Assembly: GCF_009914755.1 (NCBI RefSeq)
Contig: NC_060947.1
DNA: 64,000 nucleotides
Origin: the human T2T-CHM13v2.0 reference genome, Homo sapiens
Reading direction: 5' to 3' (one strand)
Below the pieces are notes generated by a model. The model was not told where the DNA came from and searched no databases. It worked only from the letters and a program-made list of their open reading frames with translations. Made by a program: the position numbers and the translations under genes. Position 1 is the first letter of the stretch, and the number at the start of each line of letters is the position of its first letter. Shown here piece after piece: positions 29,911 through 43,359 of this stretch.

Positions 29911-31206
29911 TATTTTTTCTCTGTATTTTTAAAAACAGAAAACGGACAAATATGTTAGCAAAATATCCCTCTAATATCTCTAAAACCTGGAAGAAATTGT
30001 TTTTATTTCTCACAAAACTGTTTCACATTTTCACCATTGTTCTCAACTCTTTTCTCCACCATTACGCTTTTTCCTTTTCTGCTAATAACCAGGTCTCCTA
30101 GTTCATGGAGAAAACGTATGTGACGGAGTAAGTGCAAAGGTCTAATAAATGTTGGCTATAATTACTCTTTCCCTATTTTTCCCACTGTGCCTAGCCAGCT
30201 CTGGGGATCCCTTTCAGCTTTCTACTCCTTTCTCCACTGATCTACATCCAGACTTATCCTTAAAACTTCCCATTTTTTTCCTAAATAGAGTCTTATCTCA
30301 TGGCTAATGCACCCACCTCTATTTTGGATTCCAGTCTTTCCCACTTTTTCAGGTACCTCCTCATTTGATACATTTTGATATTCACTAAGTTCCAATTCTC
30401 CCTTTCTATTCTGCTTTCTTTCATTAATTGCATGTATACATTTTCAAGCTGTTCCCATTAAAAAAATCAAAATTATCTCTCAATTCTAATACTCTATTCA
30501 TCTTTTTTTCCCTCGGAATGCTAGTTTCTAAAAAGTGTAGTGCACTTCATATATCTATTTTTCGTCTTCCATTATTTTTTTCAATCCTTTAAATTTGGAA
30601 TATATTATCCCTTTAATTCAGCTGAAACTGCTCTTGCCAAGGTTTCTAGTGGTTCCTTTATTGCTAAATCTCATGGGCATTCTTCTCTATAATATTTGAC
30701 ATTGATAACTCTACTTCCTCCTTGAAATACTCTTCTCTCTTGACTTATTTGAAGCCAGACTTCCCACCCTTCTGGGTATTTCACTTTTTATTTATTTTCT
30801 CTGTGGGATTTTTTTTTCTCCCTTATATACATCTTATAGGTTAGCTTTCCTATATGCCATGTCTGGAGGCAAATTTTCTTCTCTTACGCTACCCACTTTT
30901 TTTTGGGTAGTATCATACACCATCATGGCATCACCTGTCACAATAAGTGGATGACTCCCATGTATTTACTTTCAGTGTCAAAATTTCACCTGATCTCCAG
31001 AATTTATATCCAATTGCCTATCAGACACATCTACATGGCTGTACTACAAGCGTATTGAACTCAGTATCTTCCAGCTTTTCCTCCAAATCCTTTCTTCTCC
31101 CTGTGTTCCTTTTCTTGTTGTTACTTACTACCATTCACCCATCTGTCAAAGACAGAAATCTATCTAATTCTTCTCTTTTAAGCACACCTCCTATCCAATT
31201 AGTCAC

Positions 31207-31643
31207 TGTTCTTGTCCATTGTGCATTGCTATAAAAGAATACCTGAGGCTGGGTAGTTTATAGAGAAAAGAGTTTTATTTGGCTCACAGTTCTGCAGGCT
31301 ATATAAGAAGCATGGTGCCAGCATCTGCTTCTGGTGAGGGCTTCAGGTAGCTTCCACTCACAGCAGAAGGAAAAAGGGGAGCAAACAAGTAGAGATCACT
31401 GGCAAGAAGTGAGAGAGGGGAGGGAGGTGTCAGGCTCTTTTCAACAACCTACTCTGGGAGGGAGAGGTGGCTCTCATAGGAATTCATAGAGTGAGAACTC
31501 ACTCATTACTGTGAGGACAGTACCAAGACATTCGTGAGGGATCCATCCCATGACCCAAACACCTTCCTTTAGGTCCCTCCTCCACCACTGGGGATATAAT
31601 TTCAACATGAGATTTGGAGGGGAAAAATATCCAAACTATATCA
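31207..31643 (-). mobile_element. MSTB solo LTR
   Basis: ttgctataaaagaatacctgaggctggg...ccaaactatatca; perfect 5-bp TSD gtcac at 31202-31206 and 31644-31648. Confidence 0.88.
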
Positions 31644-32632
31644 GTCACCAAGTCCTGTTTCTTCTCCTAACTTAATATAGTTCCTTCTTTACCTACTGCT
31701 ACTATCTTGGTTCAGTCCTGCATCATTCCTAGATTATGATTACATTATTCACTAAATGTTTACTGAGTGCCTACCATGTGCCAGCTACTGTTCTAAGTGC
31801 TGGTAATACAATAATGAGCAAAACAGAACAATCCCTATTCCCATGAAACTTGCTTTCTACTGGCAGGTCAATAAACAAATGAATAAATAATATAATTAAT
31901 TTCAAACAATGACAAGTGTTATTTTTTAAAAAGTAAGATAAGAGAACCAGGATCAAGTGTGCATGTGTGTTGTGTGTTTTAAACAGGGAAGACCAGAAAT
32001 GGCCTTTATAAAGAAATGTTATTTGAATAGAAATCTGAATGATGAGAGGTCAGCCAAATAAATGGAGGAAGAACATTCTAGAAAGAAATAGCCTATGTAG
32101 CTCAGAGAGAGAAATGAGCTTAATGATTTCATAAATAGCAAAAAGGTCACCATGACAGAAGCTTAATTGTGAAGAATGGGAGGACATGAAGTAAGAAAGG
32201 AGATCAGATCATGTAGGTCCTTTAAGTTTATGCTATTGAGATTAGATTTCTAGTAAAAGATTTCTAGATTGTATTTCTGGAAATACAAATGAAGGAAGGA
32301 TTCTGATTTACGTTTTAGCTTCCGTGTAGAAAATAGACTATAAATGAGCAGGTATAGACATGAGATCAAGTAAAAAATTAATAAAGTCTGTGAGAGATTA
32401 TTAGAATGATAGCTACTGCAATGGTAAGAAGTGGTTAGATATCAGCTATATCTCAGAGTTAGAGCTAATAGGACTTGCTAATGTAAGAGATAAGAAAAAG
32501 AAAGGAATCAAGGATACTTCTTAAAAAACTGACCTTTCTTTTTCTGGTTTTGGGCTCCTTTAAATCCATTCTCTAAAATAGTACCACTATTGTTTTTCTA
32601 AAAGAATATCCTGATAATGAAACTTTCTACCA

Positions 32633-32855
32633 CAGTTGTTATCAACCAGGGTTAATTTTGCCCTTCAAGACAAGTTTGGCAATGTCTGAAGACATCTTTG
32701 GTTGTTGCAACTTGTGGGGAGAGGGCTTTCTACTGGCATCTAGTGGGTAGAGGCTAGGAATGCTTCTAAACATTCTACAAAGCACAGAACAGCTCACCAC
32801 AAAAAGAAATTATTTGGCCTCAAATGTCAATAGTAACAAAGTTGAAAAATCCAGC
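32633..32855. mobile_element. MER20 (hAT-Charlie)
   Basis: tttggcaatgtctgaagacat...ctactggcatctagtgggtagaggctagg...aaatgtcaatagt. Confidence 0.85.
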
Positions 32856-32909
32856 TCCACTTAGTTTAAATGTCACCTTCTCTGGGAAACCTTTTCCAGT
32901 TTAACAATA

Positions 32910-33133
32910 TAGCAATAATAGTTAACATTAGCTAAGACTTGTTATGCCTCTAGTGTTAAGAGGCATGCATGCATTTGTGAATTAAGAATTATCCTCATTT
33001 CACAGATAAGGAAACTGAGGCTAAAGTGATGAATAATTTGCCTAAAGATACAATGTTAGAGAAATAACAAAGCTGAGATTTGACCCCAGACGTATTTGAC
33101 TAAAGGGTTCTTAATAACTACACAATACTGCCA
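32910..33133 (-). mobile_element. MIR
   Basis: attatcctcatttcacagataaggaaactgaggct core. Confidence 0.8.
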
Positions 33134-35439
33134 TTCCACTCTGAAGGTTGAAGTAGAAGTGCTCCTCCATGGTAAATGGTTTGATTTTAGAGCTAATTAC
33201 ATTGTCTTTTAACTGTTTATTTGGCTGTGCCTGCACTAAACAGTGAGCTCCTTGAAGGCAGGCAATGTGCCCTTTGTCTATGTATCTATAGCATCTAGAG
33301 AAGTGTCTGGCACACTACGAACCCTCAGTAAATGTTTACTGAATGCTTACATTGTAGAGATGTGTGCACAGATTATTATTTCTCCAGGGTAGCTATTTGG
33401 ACTTCATTAAATTCACAAATTTATTTAACAAGTTTTACAGATGGGGATTAGTCTCTAAGGGAGATAGCAACGGGCAAAATTTACATTTGTAGTCACTGTA
33501 TTGAGATTATGTTGGTGGTAGAGTGGTGGGAGTCGAGGATGAGATGAGCAATTGTCATGCATTTTATAAGCTTTCAAGTGTAATTTCAGAATGCCGATAG
33601 CTTCTTTTTGATAGAGAAATTTAGAAGCATTCTATATCCTGACAATTCTCTGAGAAAGATCTGAGTTTCTATCTCTGGCCCAACACTCACTTAATAAGAA
33701 AATATATGAAGGGGCAAATAAGATTAATTTAGTTCATGTTTTCAGAAGAATGCTAGTGACCTTGCAAAGATAGACACAGATTTAGAAAAACAGATATTGT
33801 TGGTAGAAAACTACCAAACTACAAATACACAAAAATAACAATTTTCTGGATTTATTTTAAAACTAAAATTGTTGAATATCACATGGCTGTGCTGATGTAA
33901 TAAGCCCATTTTGCTAATCTTTGCCTAACTCTGCTCTGGCATGTCCAAGATATTCTTGATTTTGAGAAAAAAAAAAAAAGGCATAAGACTAGTTTAACTC
34001 TCTTCCTGGGCCACTCTGGATCCAGAGCCTGGTACAAGTTGTAGCCTGGCTTGGCTACCTACCCAATGTTGAGAATTTAGATGATCAGGTCATCTAGTTA
34101 AATAATGCTGTGGACCCACACAGTAAATAATCAGTATTCTTTCTACCTAATAGAACGCTTCTGAATAACTAGTAATAATTGATGATAACTAGGGATTTAT
34201 TAGGTAAGACAGCAGTGCTGACAGAGGAGGAGGGCATATCTAGGACACTTAGAAGAATGTTAGCAAGCGGCAGGCAATTATGATCACAATCATGGAGTTA
34301 CAAAATTCCAGTCAATAAAGAAGAGGATAAAGCTAATGTTGGATAGATAAAAAAAAAAAAAGTTGGCAGGGAACAAGGTTTTAAGACCGAGTGCACACAG
34401 GAAGACACTGTTCCTAGGGTCGTTGGCAAAAAAATGAAAATGGGGACCCAGGAATTGGAGGAAAAGACATGGGTTTTAGAATAAGTCAAGAGAACCAGTG
34501 TTGAAACTTAAGAGTGTTATCAATAGCTAGATTGATTTGATCTTGAATTCTTGAAAAATAGTGGTCTAAAACACCTTCTATTCATCTGGACCAGGAATAG
34601 GATTGGTTTGAAAACCTAGGAAAGAAAGGGTTTAATTTTCCAGAGCTATAAAATTTAAGGGACTTCAGTGAAAGAAAGCTCACCATATCATTTTGTATCC
34701 CCCTCCCTGGGGTTGAAAAACAGGGTGGATGACTGTTCCCTTCTTTCCATTGGTTGACTCACTCTGGGGGTGGAGAGGAACAAGAGGGTCTGGTGGCCTT
34801 CAGGTAGAAAGACTTTCCTTAGCCCAGTGCTCTATGTTCTGGTTGATGTCACTTAATGCATTTTTTTCTCTATGTGGAGATTCAGAGTTTTGTTCATTAA
34901 CTACACAAATACTATAATGCTTTTCTTCTCTAAGATAACTTCTGATATGTTAAGCTCATCACATGTCTTCATTGAATGATGGTTGGTATTTCTGAGGTTG
35001 TCTTCCTCTACATACAGGTACCAATATCCTATATTCATTGACTGAGTCTACAGGATGCTGGTGAGCATCACTAGTCTCCCTTCCTGGAACACCATTTGTG
35101 GCTATCTTCCAGCACCTTTCCAGGAGAGCCAGTAGAAATGCTGTCATTTAACCCTCTCATGGCAACTAGGAAATCATGCAGTTTTTTTTCAGGGTATGAC
35201 TCATTTCAATTCACTCAGTACTCCTTGACTTGGCCCAGATAATTAAATCTTAAGTCAAAGTAGAAGGTAGATCTATTGAACAGCCCCTAGTCTCCCATAC
35301 ACTCAAATGTAGGTTTCCTGTCATGTGACAGGGTGGAGTACATTATTACATCTTTGTAAATATCATATCAAATTATTTCGGGGATTTGATAACAGCACCC
35401 AAAATACCTCTTCAAGACATATGAACATATGACTTAGGA

Positions 35440-35798
<359 letters not shown>

Positions 35799-36336
35799 TC
35801 ACTTTAAAACATCAGATATTTATTAAACTGACTTTGATTTAGTGACAGAGTTCCAATTATTAGTCAGAAGAGTTTCCCACATACAATAGCCACAGCTTTG
35901 TATAGTAATCACTGATACTAAGAATGGCAACTTTGAGGCCCTTTATAAGTTTCAGTCTTAAATAAAATATTAATAAGCATGCTAAGTCACAGAAGGAGAT
36001 TCAGTGAGTTCAACATGTGTATGGAATTCTCTTGATTAGAGAGATACAAAATGTTGTTAGGATGGTAGAAGAAGGAGCAATTATTTCCAATGGAAATTAG
36101 AGTTGGGGCAGTTGTGAAGACTTTATGGAAGAGGTGATAAGTAAGTTAGGCTTTAAAGAGTGAGTTATATTTTCATGGGTGGAGAAAGCAGAAAGAACAT
36201 TTGAGATTGAAGGACCAGCATGAATAAAGTCACTGGAGGAGTAAAATTTCATGGTGAATAATTTGATTCAGCTAGAGTATAAAAATGTGTAAAGGGAAAT
36301 AGTATTTAAAGGTAGATAGATTGGGGGCATATATAT

Positions 36337-36960
36337 ATACAAAGGGAAAACTCATTCTTGGCTCTCTGAAGGTTTGCTGAAAAATCAACTGACAAAAGGA
36401 AGATCAATAGGAGAAAAGGCATATACATTTATTTGATCATAGTTTTATGTGACAGAGGAGACTTCAGAATGAAGACCCAAGATACAGGAAAGATTGTCTA
36501 TTTTTATGCTTAGGTTCAACAAAGTATGGATACCCAAGTAGAAATATGATTGGACAAAAAGATCACGATCTAATGCTAATAGGCTGAGTGGGGAAACCCA
36601 GCAAGGCCTCTTGTCTAGATTCTTCTAGGCCTCTCTGAGCACGCATTCCTTCCTTCTGGATGTGGGGCAGGACCCTCTCTGGAATGAGGCTCTTACGGTC
36701 AAACAAGGTAGGTCAGATCATTTCTTTATGGCCAGCTTTTACACAGAAAGGTGGAGCTGGAAAAAAACGCAATATTTTATGGCTGGCTTTGGGGAAAAAC
36801 AGCTCTGGTTTCTGTGACCTGCCTTGGGGAAGTGGGATTCTAGTTCGTATCTCTAGCCTTGTGGGAGAATGGGTCTGAGAGACAGGAGGGCAGGAGAAAG
36901 TCAGAGAGAAACTTGCTTCTGAGGCCTTCATTTTGGTGTATCATTTTCTGAGCCCCAATA
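36337..36960 (-). mobile_element. MER39-like ERV1 solo LTR
   Basis: Minus strand starts ttggggctcagaaaatgatacaccaaaatgaaggcctcagaagcaag; same family as 63856-64000. Confidence 0.7.
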
Positions 36961-36974
36961 GCCAGATCACAGAG

Positions 36975-37790
36975 AGCCTGCAATGCCCATGGAATAGCAC
37001 AAAATTATGCCCAGAATGATTCAGATGTTTTAAAAATTGAAATTGCCTTGATTTTCTATTACTGAGCACATCTTGCTCTGAAGTACCCATACCAGCTGAT
37101 ATGGACTTGCCAGTTAAAGGTAATCCAAACTCTTCTAATTTATACAACAATCTATTTTAAGTAAATATCCTGTCATTTCTAGGTGAAATCTGCCTGTCAG
37201 GGTATATTTGCCCTTTCAAAGGGTATTCTTTCTTCTCTGCCTTCTCAGGATGATATCTGAATGGATAGGCAAGTGTATATCTCCTTATAGCATGGGAAAA
37301 GCCTCAATTCCACATGCTGTCCTCTGGGTCTTCTTTGGTCTCTGCCAAAATGCTCCTAATCTTGATTGGTCACTAGTAAGCCTTTGGTGGTGTCTGCTGA
37401 AGTGTTACTTGCCAATGCCACAATTTATGAAGTCTCTATATTATATAGCCTCCTCATCCAGACCCCAAGCCTCTAGCTCTTTCAGGAGTTCTGCCACCCT
37501 TCTCTAAGGTGTGTGGAGATTTCTGGATTTCTTGTATATTATGTTCCTGGCTGTGGGAAACTTCCAGCATTTTTCCTTTTTCTAATTATGCTGTGTCTCC
37601 ACTTCTTCTCTACTGGGACTCTCTATGTTGATGCAATGTGCTCTCTTTCCAGCATTCCAAATGGGAACCATTCTGATTTTATCTTCCCCCAAAGCCAATT
37701 TGGGATGTCTCACATACCTTTATCCTTCCTGTGGTAGGTACTGAGGCATGAGTACACCATGCGTTTTCTCAGAAAATCAGACAACAGCTT
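36975..37790 (-). mobile_element. Ancient L4 (RTE-X clade) LINE fragment
   Basis: Minus-strand gaaggcagagaagaaagaataccctttgaa translates EGREERIPFE, resembling the RTE-X C-terminal EGRY..IP.EER motif; frames broken. Confidence 0.5.
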
Positions 37791-38993
37791 AACCTTAGTC
37801 TCATAACCTATGAATAACTCTATTATCTGCTTATTATTTAAATTTTTATTTACCCTTCAGTCCCAGGAAAGCTGTTTTTTGTCCTCTCTGTTTTATGGCT
37901 TGCGGCAAAACATGAAATTCATAATTCTATGCTTTGCTCTTAATATTTAAAAAGAAGCATTTGGAATTCAGAAACACAGAGAGGCACACACACATACACA
38001 TACAGACATAACTCTTTTTCAGAAAAACCTGGCTCCTCACTGGATTTTTCACTGTGGACTTCAAACATACAAACAAAACCATTTAACCTAAACTAATCAA
38101 TGACCCTATTGTTCAATGCCATATCTGCTCTACCCACAAAGCTATGACAGCCACTGATTCAAGAAGTGAAAACAAAATAAAACTAGTAATATCAGAAATT
38201 GAAATAATTTGATGTCATATACCTAAAAATATTATTATTATCATTATTACTATTTTACCAAAGTATAAGGACCCAAAGGTATCTCTGGGGACAGACTAAA
38301 GGTGGCTTGGAGGCAATATCAGGACAATGTTGTAACAGTCCAGATGAGAGATGCCAATGCAGGAATGAAAAGGAAGAGATGGAGTTGAAAAAACTTCAGA
38401 TATAGAATTACTAGGATCTGGTGACTAATTAAAATGGAGCGTGTGAGAGAGAAATTAAACATTAATGGGTTTTTAGCTAGAAGTGTGTTATAGATGGCAA
38501 CTTTACACCTCTATTAACACAACTCTTCACCTGGAGCAAGAACTTCAAAATAGATACCAGAGTTATTTTAGTGATAGAACCAATAAGACTTGATGGCTGA
38601 GAAAGGAGTTGAAGTTGATTCTGAGGCTATTATACTTGAATAACTAGGTTAACGCTATTGCTATTATTATCTGAGTTAGGAAACAGTTGAGAAGCAGGTG
38701 AAAGAGTGGAGAAAAAAGATGCTGGATTGGACATATGGTTTTTTTAGCCAGTGGAAACACCATGTGGGAAAACAAAGCAATCACTTGAAAATTTACGTTG
38801 TGGAATTTGGTAGTAAGCTTGGGGCTGGAAATACATACTTGGGAGTCACCAATGCTAGGGTGGTATTGAATTGATAGAAGTAGATGATGTCATGAAAGAG
38901 AGCGTGGGCAAAGCAGAACAGAGAACCAAGCAATAACAGAATTTTGAAAGATGCTTAAATTTAAGGAATGCATGATAGGCAAAAAGATCCACC

Positions 38994-39362
38994 TGTATTA
39001 GTCTGTTCTCAAACTGCTATAAAGAACTACCTGAGACTGGGTAATTTATGAAGAAAAGAAGTTTAATTGACTCACAGTTCCACAGGCTTAACAGGAAGTA
39101 TGACTAGGAGGCCTCAGGAAACTTATAATCATGGCAGAAGGCGAAGGAAAAGCAAAGACTCTCTTCACATGGTGGCAGGAGAGAGAGAGAGTGAGGAGGG
39201 AAGAGCCACAAACTTTTAAGCCATCAGATCTCGTGAGAACTCACTCACTATCATGAGAACAATATGGGGAAAATCTGCCCCCATGATCCAATCACTTCCC
39301 ACCTGGCCCCTCCTCCAATTTGACATAAGATTTGGGTAGGGACACAAAACCAAACCATATTA
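38994..39362 (-). mobile_element. MSTA solo LTR within L2 sequence
   Basis: tgtattagtctgttctc...aggcctcaggaaacttataatcatggcagaagg; TSD ccacc/ccatc. Confidence 0.88.
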
Positions 39363-39589
39363 CCATCTAAGGAGTCTGAGAAAAAGAAAATCAAAACAGA
39401 TGGAAAATCAGAAGATAAGAGTGCCAAAAGCCTAAATAGGAGAGAGATACAAAGAGAATCCACAGAAGGCTATTAATAATTGCTATCAATGATCTTTGAG
39501 AGAGTTGTTTTATTGTAGTGATGTCAAGATATCAGTGGAAGTTCTGAAGGGTAGCTAGTGAGAAAGAGATACTCTGGAAAGACAAGATA

Positions 39590-39678
39590 GGCAGAGGTTG
39601 CAGTGAGCTGAGATCGTGCCACTGCACTCCAGCCTGGCATCAGAGTGAGACTCCATCTCAAAAAAAGAAAAAAAAAAT
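39590..39678 (+). mobile_element. 5'-truncated Alu (3' end of the right arm)
   Basis: ggcagaggttgcagtgagctgagatcgtgccactgcactccagcctg plus A tail; agagatact at 39565-39573 and 39679-39687. Confidence 0.88.
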
Positions 39679-39916
39679 AGAGATACTGTTTTTGTTTTTT
39701 TTTTCTGACGAGCACAAGAGTTTAGGATCAGGAAGATATGAAGAAATTTTCAACCATGAAAGAGTCATGACATCTCAAGTCTTAGCTATAATAATACACT
39801 TTTAAAACTTTCTAGATAATCAAAGAGTTGAAGTTTTCAGTTCATTATTGTAAATGGGGACACATATGACATGGAGTACTTGATATCTCTATTTAGGAAA
39901 TTTACAGATACATTCT

Positions 39917-40424
39917 TGTTGGGAAATGCAGTCACGTGCATGCAGTCTTTTGAGCCCTGCATAGTTGCATAAGCATGTGTCTTGGGCCTGGATCATTTCC
40001 TTGCAAAGAGATAAAGAGCCCTTACAGTTTGTGTTGGGCATATCTTTTTGTTTTGGAATATTTTTCCCTATTCCGGACTTGATTGGCACTTCTTTGTTCT
40101 GATTAATCATGCACATCATATGGCACCTGAACAACCCTACTACTGTATCTGTTCCCAGTTGGGAGGCAATGGGGTCCTTCACCTGTAGCACAGGAAGGAC
40201 TCATCCAAACCCTCTCACTGCATTGGCTGAGGGGTGAGTTCTCCTGGTCATGGGGGACCAAAACTCTCTATTGAGGCTGATCTTGCTCTGTGTCTTCTCT
40301 ATGTGAATATAGTGTTATTCCATCCGGTGCCTGAGTGAGCTGTATCTTTCTTGGCAACCCCAATACCTGCAAATTATGCAGTGAGTTGACATCCTCAAAC
40401 TGCTGCTCCTGGTGGTAGACAACA
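39917..40424 (+). mobile_element. Old ERVL-class solo LTR (LTR52/LTR53-like)
   Basis: tgttgggaaatgcagtc...caaca termini and LTR-like composition; subfamily tentative. Confidence 0.5.
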
Positions 40425-40970
40425 AATGTTAATTGCTCAACAATTTCAGCCTGACCAGTCTTTCAAAAATAAAGCAAAAGACCAGGCTTTTGCTCTATAT
40501 GATACTGATTCCCTGAGAGCCAGACTCATTTGGGGGCCTTGCTGCAGTTTGCTAGGTCCAGGCTCTCAACTGAAATTGCATTTTCCAAGATCAATTTCTT
40601 TTATGGCTTACTTCAGTGATATGTGACATCTCCGAAATAATAAAAATGAATCTTTCCCTTTGAAAAGAATAACGTTTGGCTTGCACCAAACCGTATGGTG
40701 TAAGGTACTGAATTGCAGTGATGAAGTTCTAAATCACATTGATTGAGCTTTACTCATGGTGAAAAATTATTTTTGCAGTCACTGAGTGATTGTATGTGTG
40801 GTGAGAGGAGGGCAAAGAGAGGGTGAGGAAGTACTACTATAATCAAGAGTTATGTGTGCCAAAAAATTATTTTCTAGACTTTCTGTGTTTTGTTTGATAA
40901 AACTAGAAATAGCTATCACTTCTAGACTATTCACTACATGCTATAAACTGGACTACGTAGATTTGCATAT

Positions 40971-41415
40971 TGTCTTAGTCCATTCAGGCTGCTATAACAA
41001 AATACCATAAACTGGTTGGCTTATAAACAACAAACACTCATTTCTCATAGTTTTGGAGGCTGGGAAGTCCAAGAGCAAGGAGCCAGCCAGTTTGTTTGAT
41101 GAGGGCCTGTTTTCTGGTCCATAGATGACACTTTCTCACTGTGTCTTCGCATGGTGGAAGAAGCTAGCTTTTCTCTTTACATATGTGTCCCCTTTACAAT
41201 AATGAACTGAAAACTTCAAATCTTTGATTATCTAGAAAGCTTTAAAAGTGTATTAATGTCCTTATAAAAGAGATCTGGGATCCCTTCCATTCATGAGGAC
41301 TCCACCCTCATTACCTAATAACTTCTCAAACACCCCACCTCATAATACCAACAACTTAGGGGTTAGAATTTCAACATATAAATTTTGGGAGAACACAAAC
41401 ATTCAGACCATAGCA
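40971..41415 (-). mobile_element. MLT1A0 solo LTR inside a MIR
   Basis: tgtcttagtccattcaggctgctataac...aaacattcagaccatagca; perfect TSD catat at 40966-40970 and 41416-41420. Confidence 0.88.
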
Positions 41416-43359
41416 CATATATTAACTCATTGATTCCTCAAATAACACTGTAGGATAAGTATTATCCTTCTGAGATTTGCAGTGGTTAGGTAACTTGCTT
41501 AAGGCCATAGGCTGGTAAAGGGTAATCAAATTTTGAATACAAATCTATGTGGCTTTGAAGTTCATGCTCTTAACCAATATTGTATCTCATTTTTTCTAAG
41601 ACCTTGTTAATCATCCTGATCACCTGGAGAGCCTTAGAAATAAAGATCCCCACATAAACCAAGTTTGAGAACAAGTGTTCCATACTAAGCAGGGAAGAAA
41701 GATGAACCATATACTACAGCACTAGACCACTACCACCCCCAACCACCCCACTCTACCATAAAATAGCAACACCAAACAAAGAAATTAATACAACTCTGTG
41801 GGTAATGATGGAAGTAAAGTGAAAAGTACAGTGATAACATTCTTGGACCTTGTGGTTTTAGTTGAATCCTAGCCAGGTTTCCATTGTAAAAGATTCCCTC
41901 TTCTACCCTATGTTGTTAGGAAAATAAAAGGAAATCCTTCTGCTACATATACATGTACTTCAGGAGCAAGCTCAAAAACAATTAGACAATGATGACCAAT
42001 ATTTTAATTAGGTTTAGACATCCTAGTCAATCAGATATAAGAAAGGATTTGAACGTGTCTTTGTGAAGACAGACTTTGGATGGTATTAGAGTGGTTGGTG
42101 TAACATGGCGTCCACAAATTCCTATAGCTTCAGCAAGTTAGTCTTATTCATTCTCTTAGAATAGTATTTTCTCTTCTTGCTCAACTGTCCTTGAAATTAT
42201 TCTATAAAATATATACTACAATTTTCTATTCAAAAGTTAGTAATACTATCTTACCTCTGTTGAAAACCGATATTCATCCTAGCCAGTGCTCTGCAAGCTG
42301 CCATCCCTTTTTGTCCTCAATGTTTTCTGAAAACTATTCTACTTAGAAATCTTTCCTCTAAACTGTGGTTCTTCAAAAGATGTCTACTTTTCTGCATGGG
42401 ACAATTTTAGCCATTACTAAATTGAAATCACAGACACACACAATGTCTATGATATATATGTTTTAACATGAACAGAAAATGTAAACATGAATAGAAATTA
42501 AATGGACATAGAAACTATGGCAATCTCACCAGATATTAACATATTAAAAATGAGAGTTAAAACCTTGGCTTGGTTTTTTTGTGGCTAGAAATAAAGGTCA
42601 ACAGGACTTGGCAAGGCACCTGTAAGTGGATTAATTTCTTCTCATTCTTGCAAGGATCTGGATTATCACAAGCATTTTTTGTTTGATGAATCATCTAGAA
42701 ACTGTTAGAGTATCACCTAAAACTTTCTAAGAAAATCTTTATTAAAAGAGCTTTTCTCACCCACAGAGAAACATAGCATGTCTCCGTCTATAATAGATAA
42801 GAGAAGGAAGTATTTTTAGACAAGATAGTTAGAAAAACGTTTTTTGTTGTCCCTAATATTATACCAAAGAGTCATTCATTCAATATGTATTTATTGAATT
42901 ACTACTATGTACCTAACACTGTAGCAGGGAGACTAGAGGTAAGGCTTTTAAATTACCCAATACCTACTTGCAATCCTTGCCATATTCTGCAATGGCATTT
43001 CCATTTTGTTGCTTTTGGAATTATTTTATCTGAGCCCATATTCGCAGATAATTCTGAGAGTCTGTTTTTCCCTTGGATCAAGCCTGAACCCAATTGCAGA
43101 GTACCTAGCAGGGAGAGTAAAGAATAATTTTAAACCTGGTCTTTATGCAGGCCATAGCTGGCATAGACTTCCAAAGATGGAAGGTGACCATGAGGAATCT
43201 TGTTGCCATATAAGATAAGAGAGAAGAAAGGATATCAGAACTTCGCTTAATCTGTTTCCAAGGAAAATGCTGCATTTTTGTGCTTCTATATATACCTTCA
43301 CAATTTTCTGTATCTCTTTCCTGAAAAATAAGAAGATTTATGTTTTGAGGATTTGTATA

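Larger units (their letters stand above)
30500..33345. mobile_element. L2 cluster: a plus-strand L2 interrupted by MSTB, a minus-strand L2a (~31745-32520), MER20 and MIR
   Basis: L2 motifs (ctgaaactgctcttgccaaggt, aaatgtttactgagtgcctaccatgtgccag, gagctccttgaaggcagg). Confidence 0.65.
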
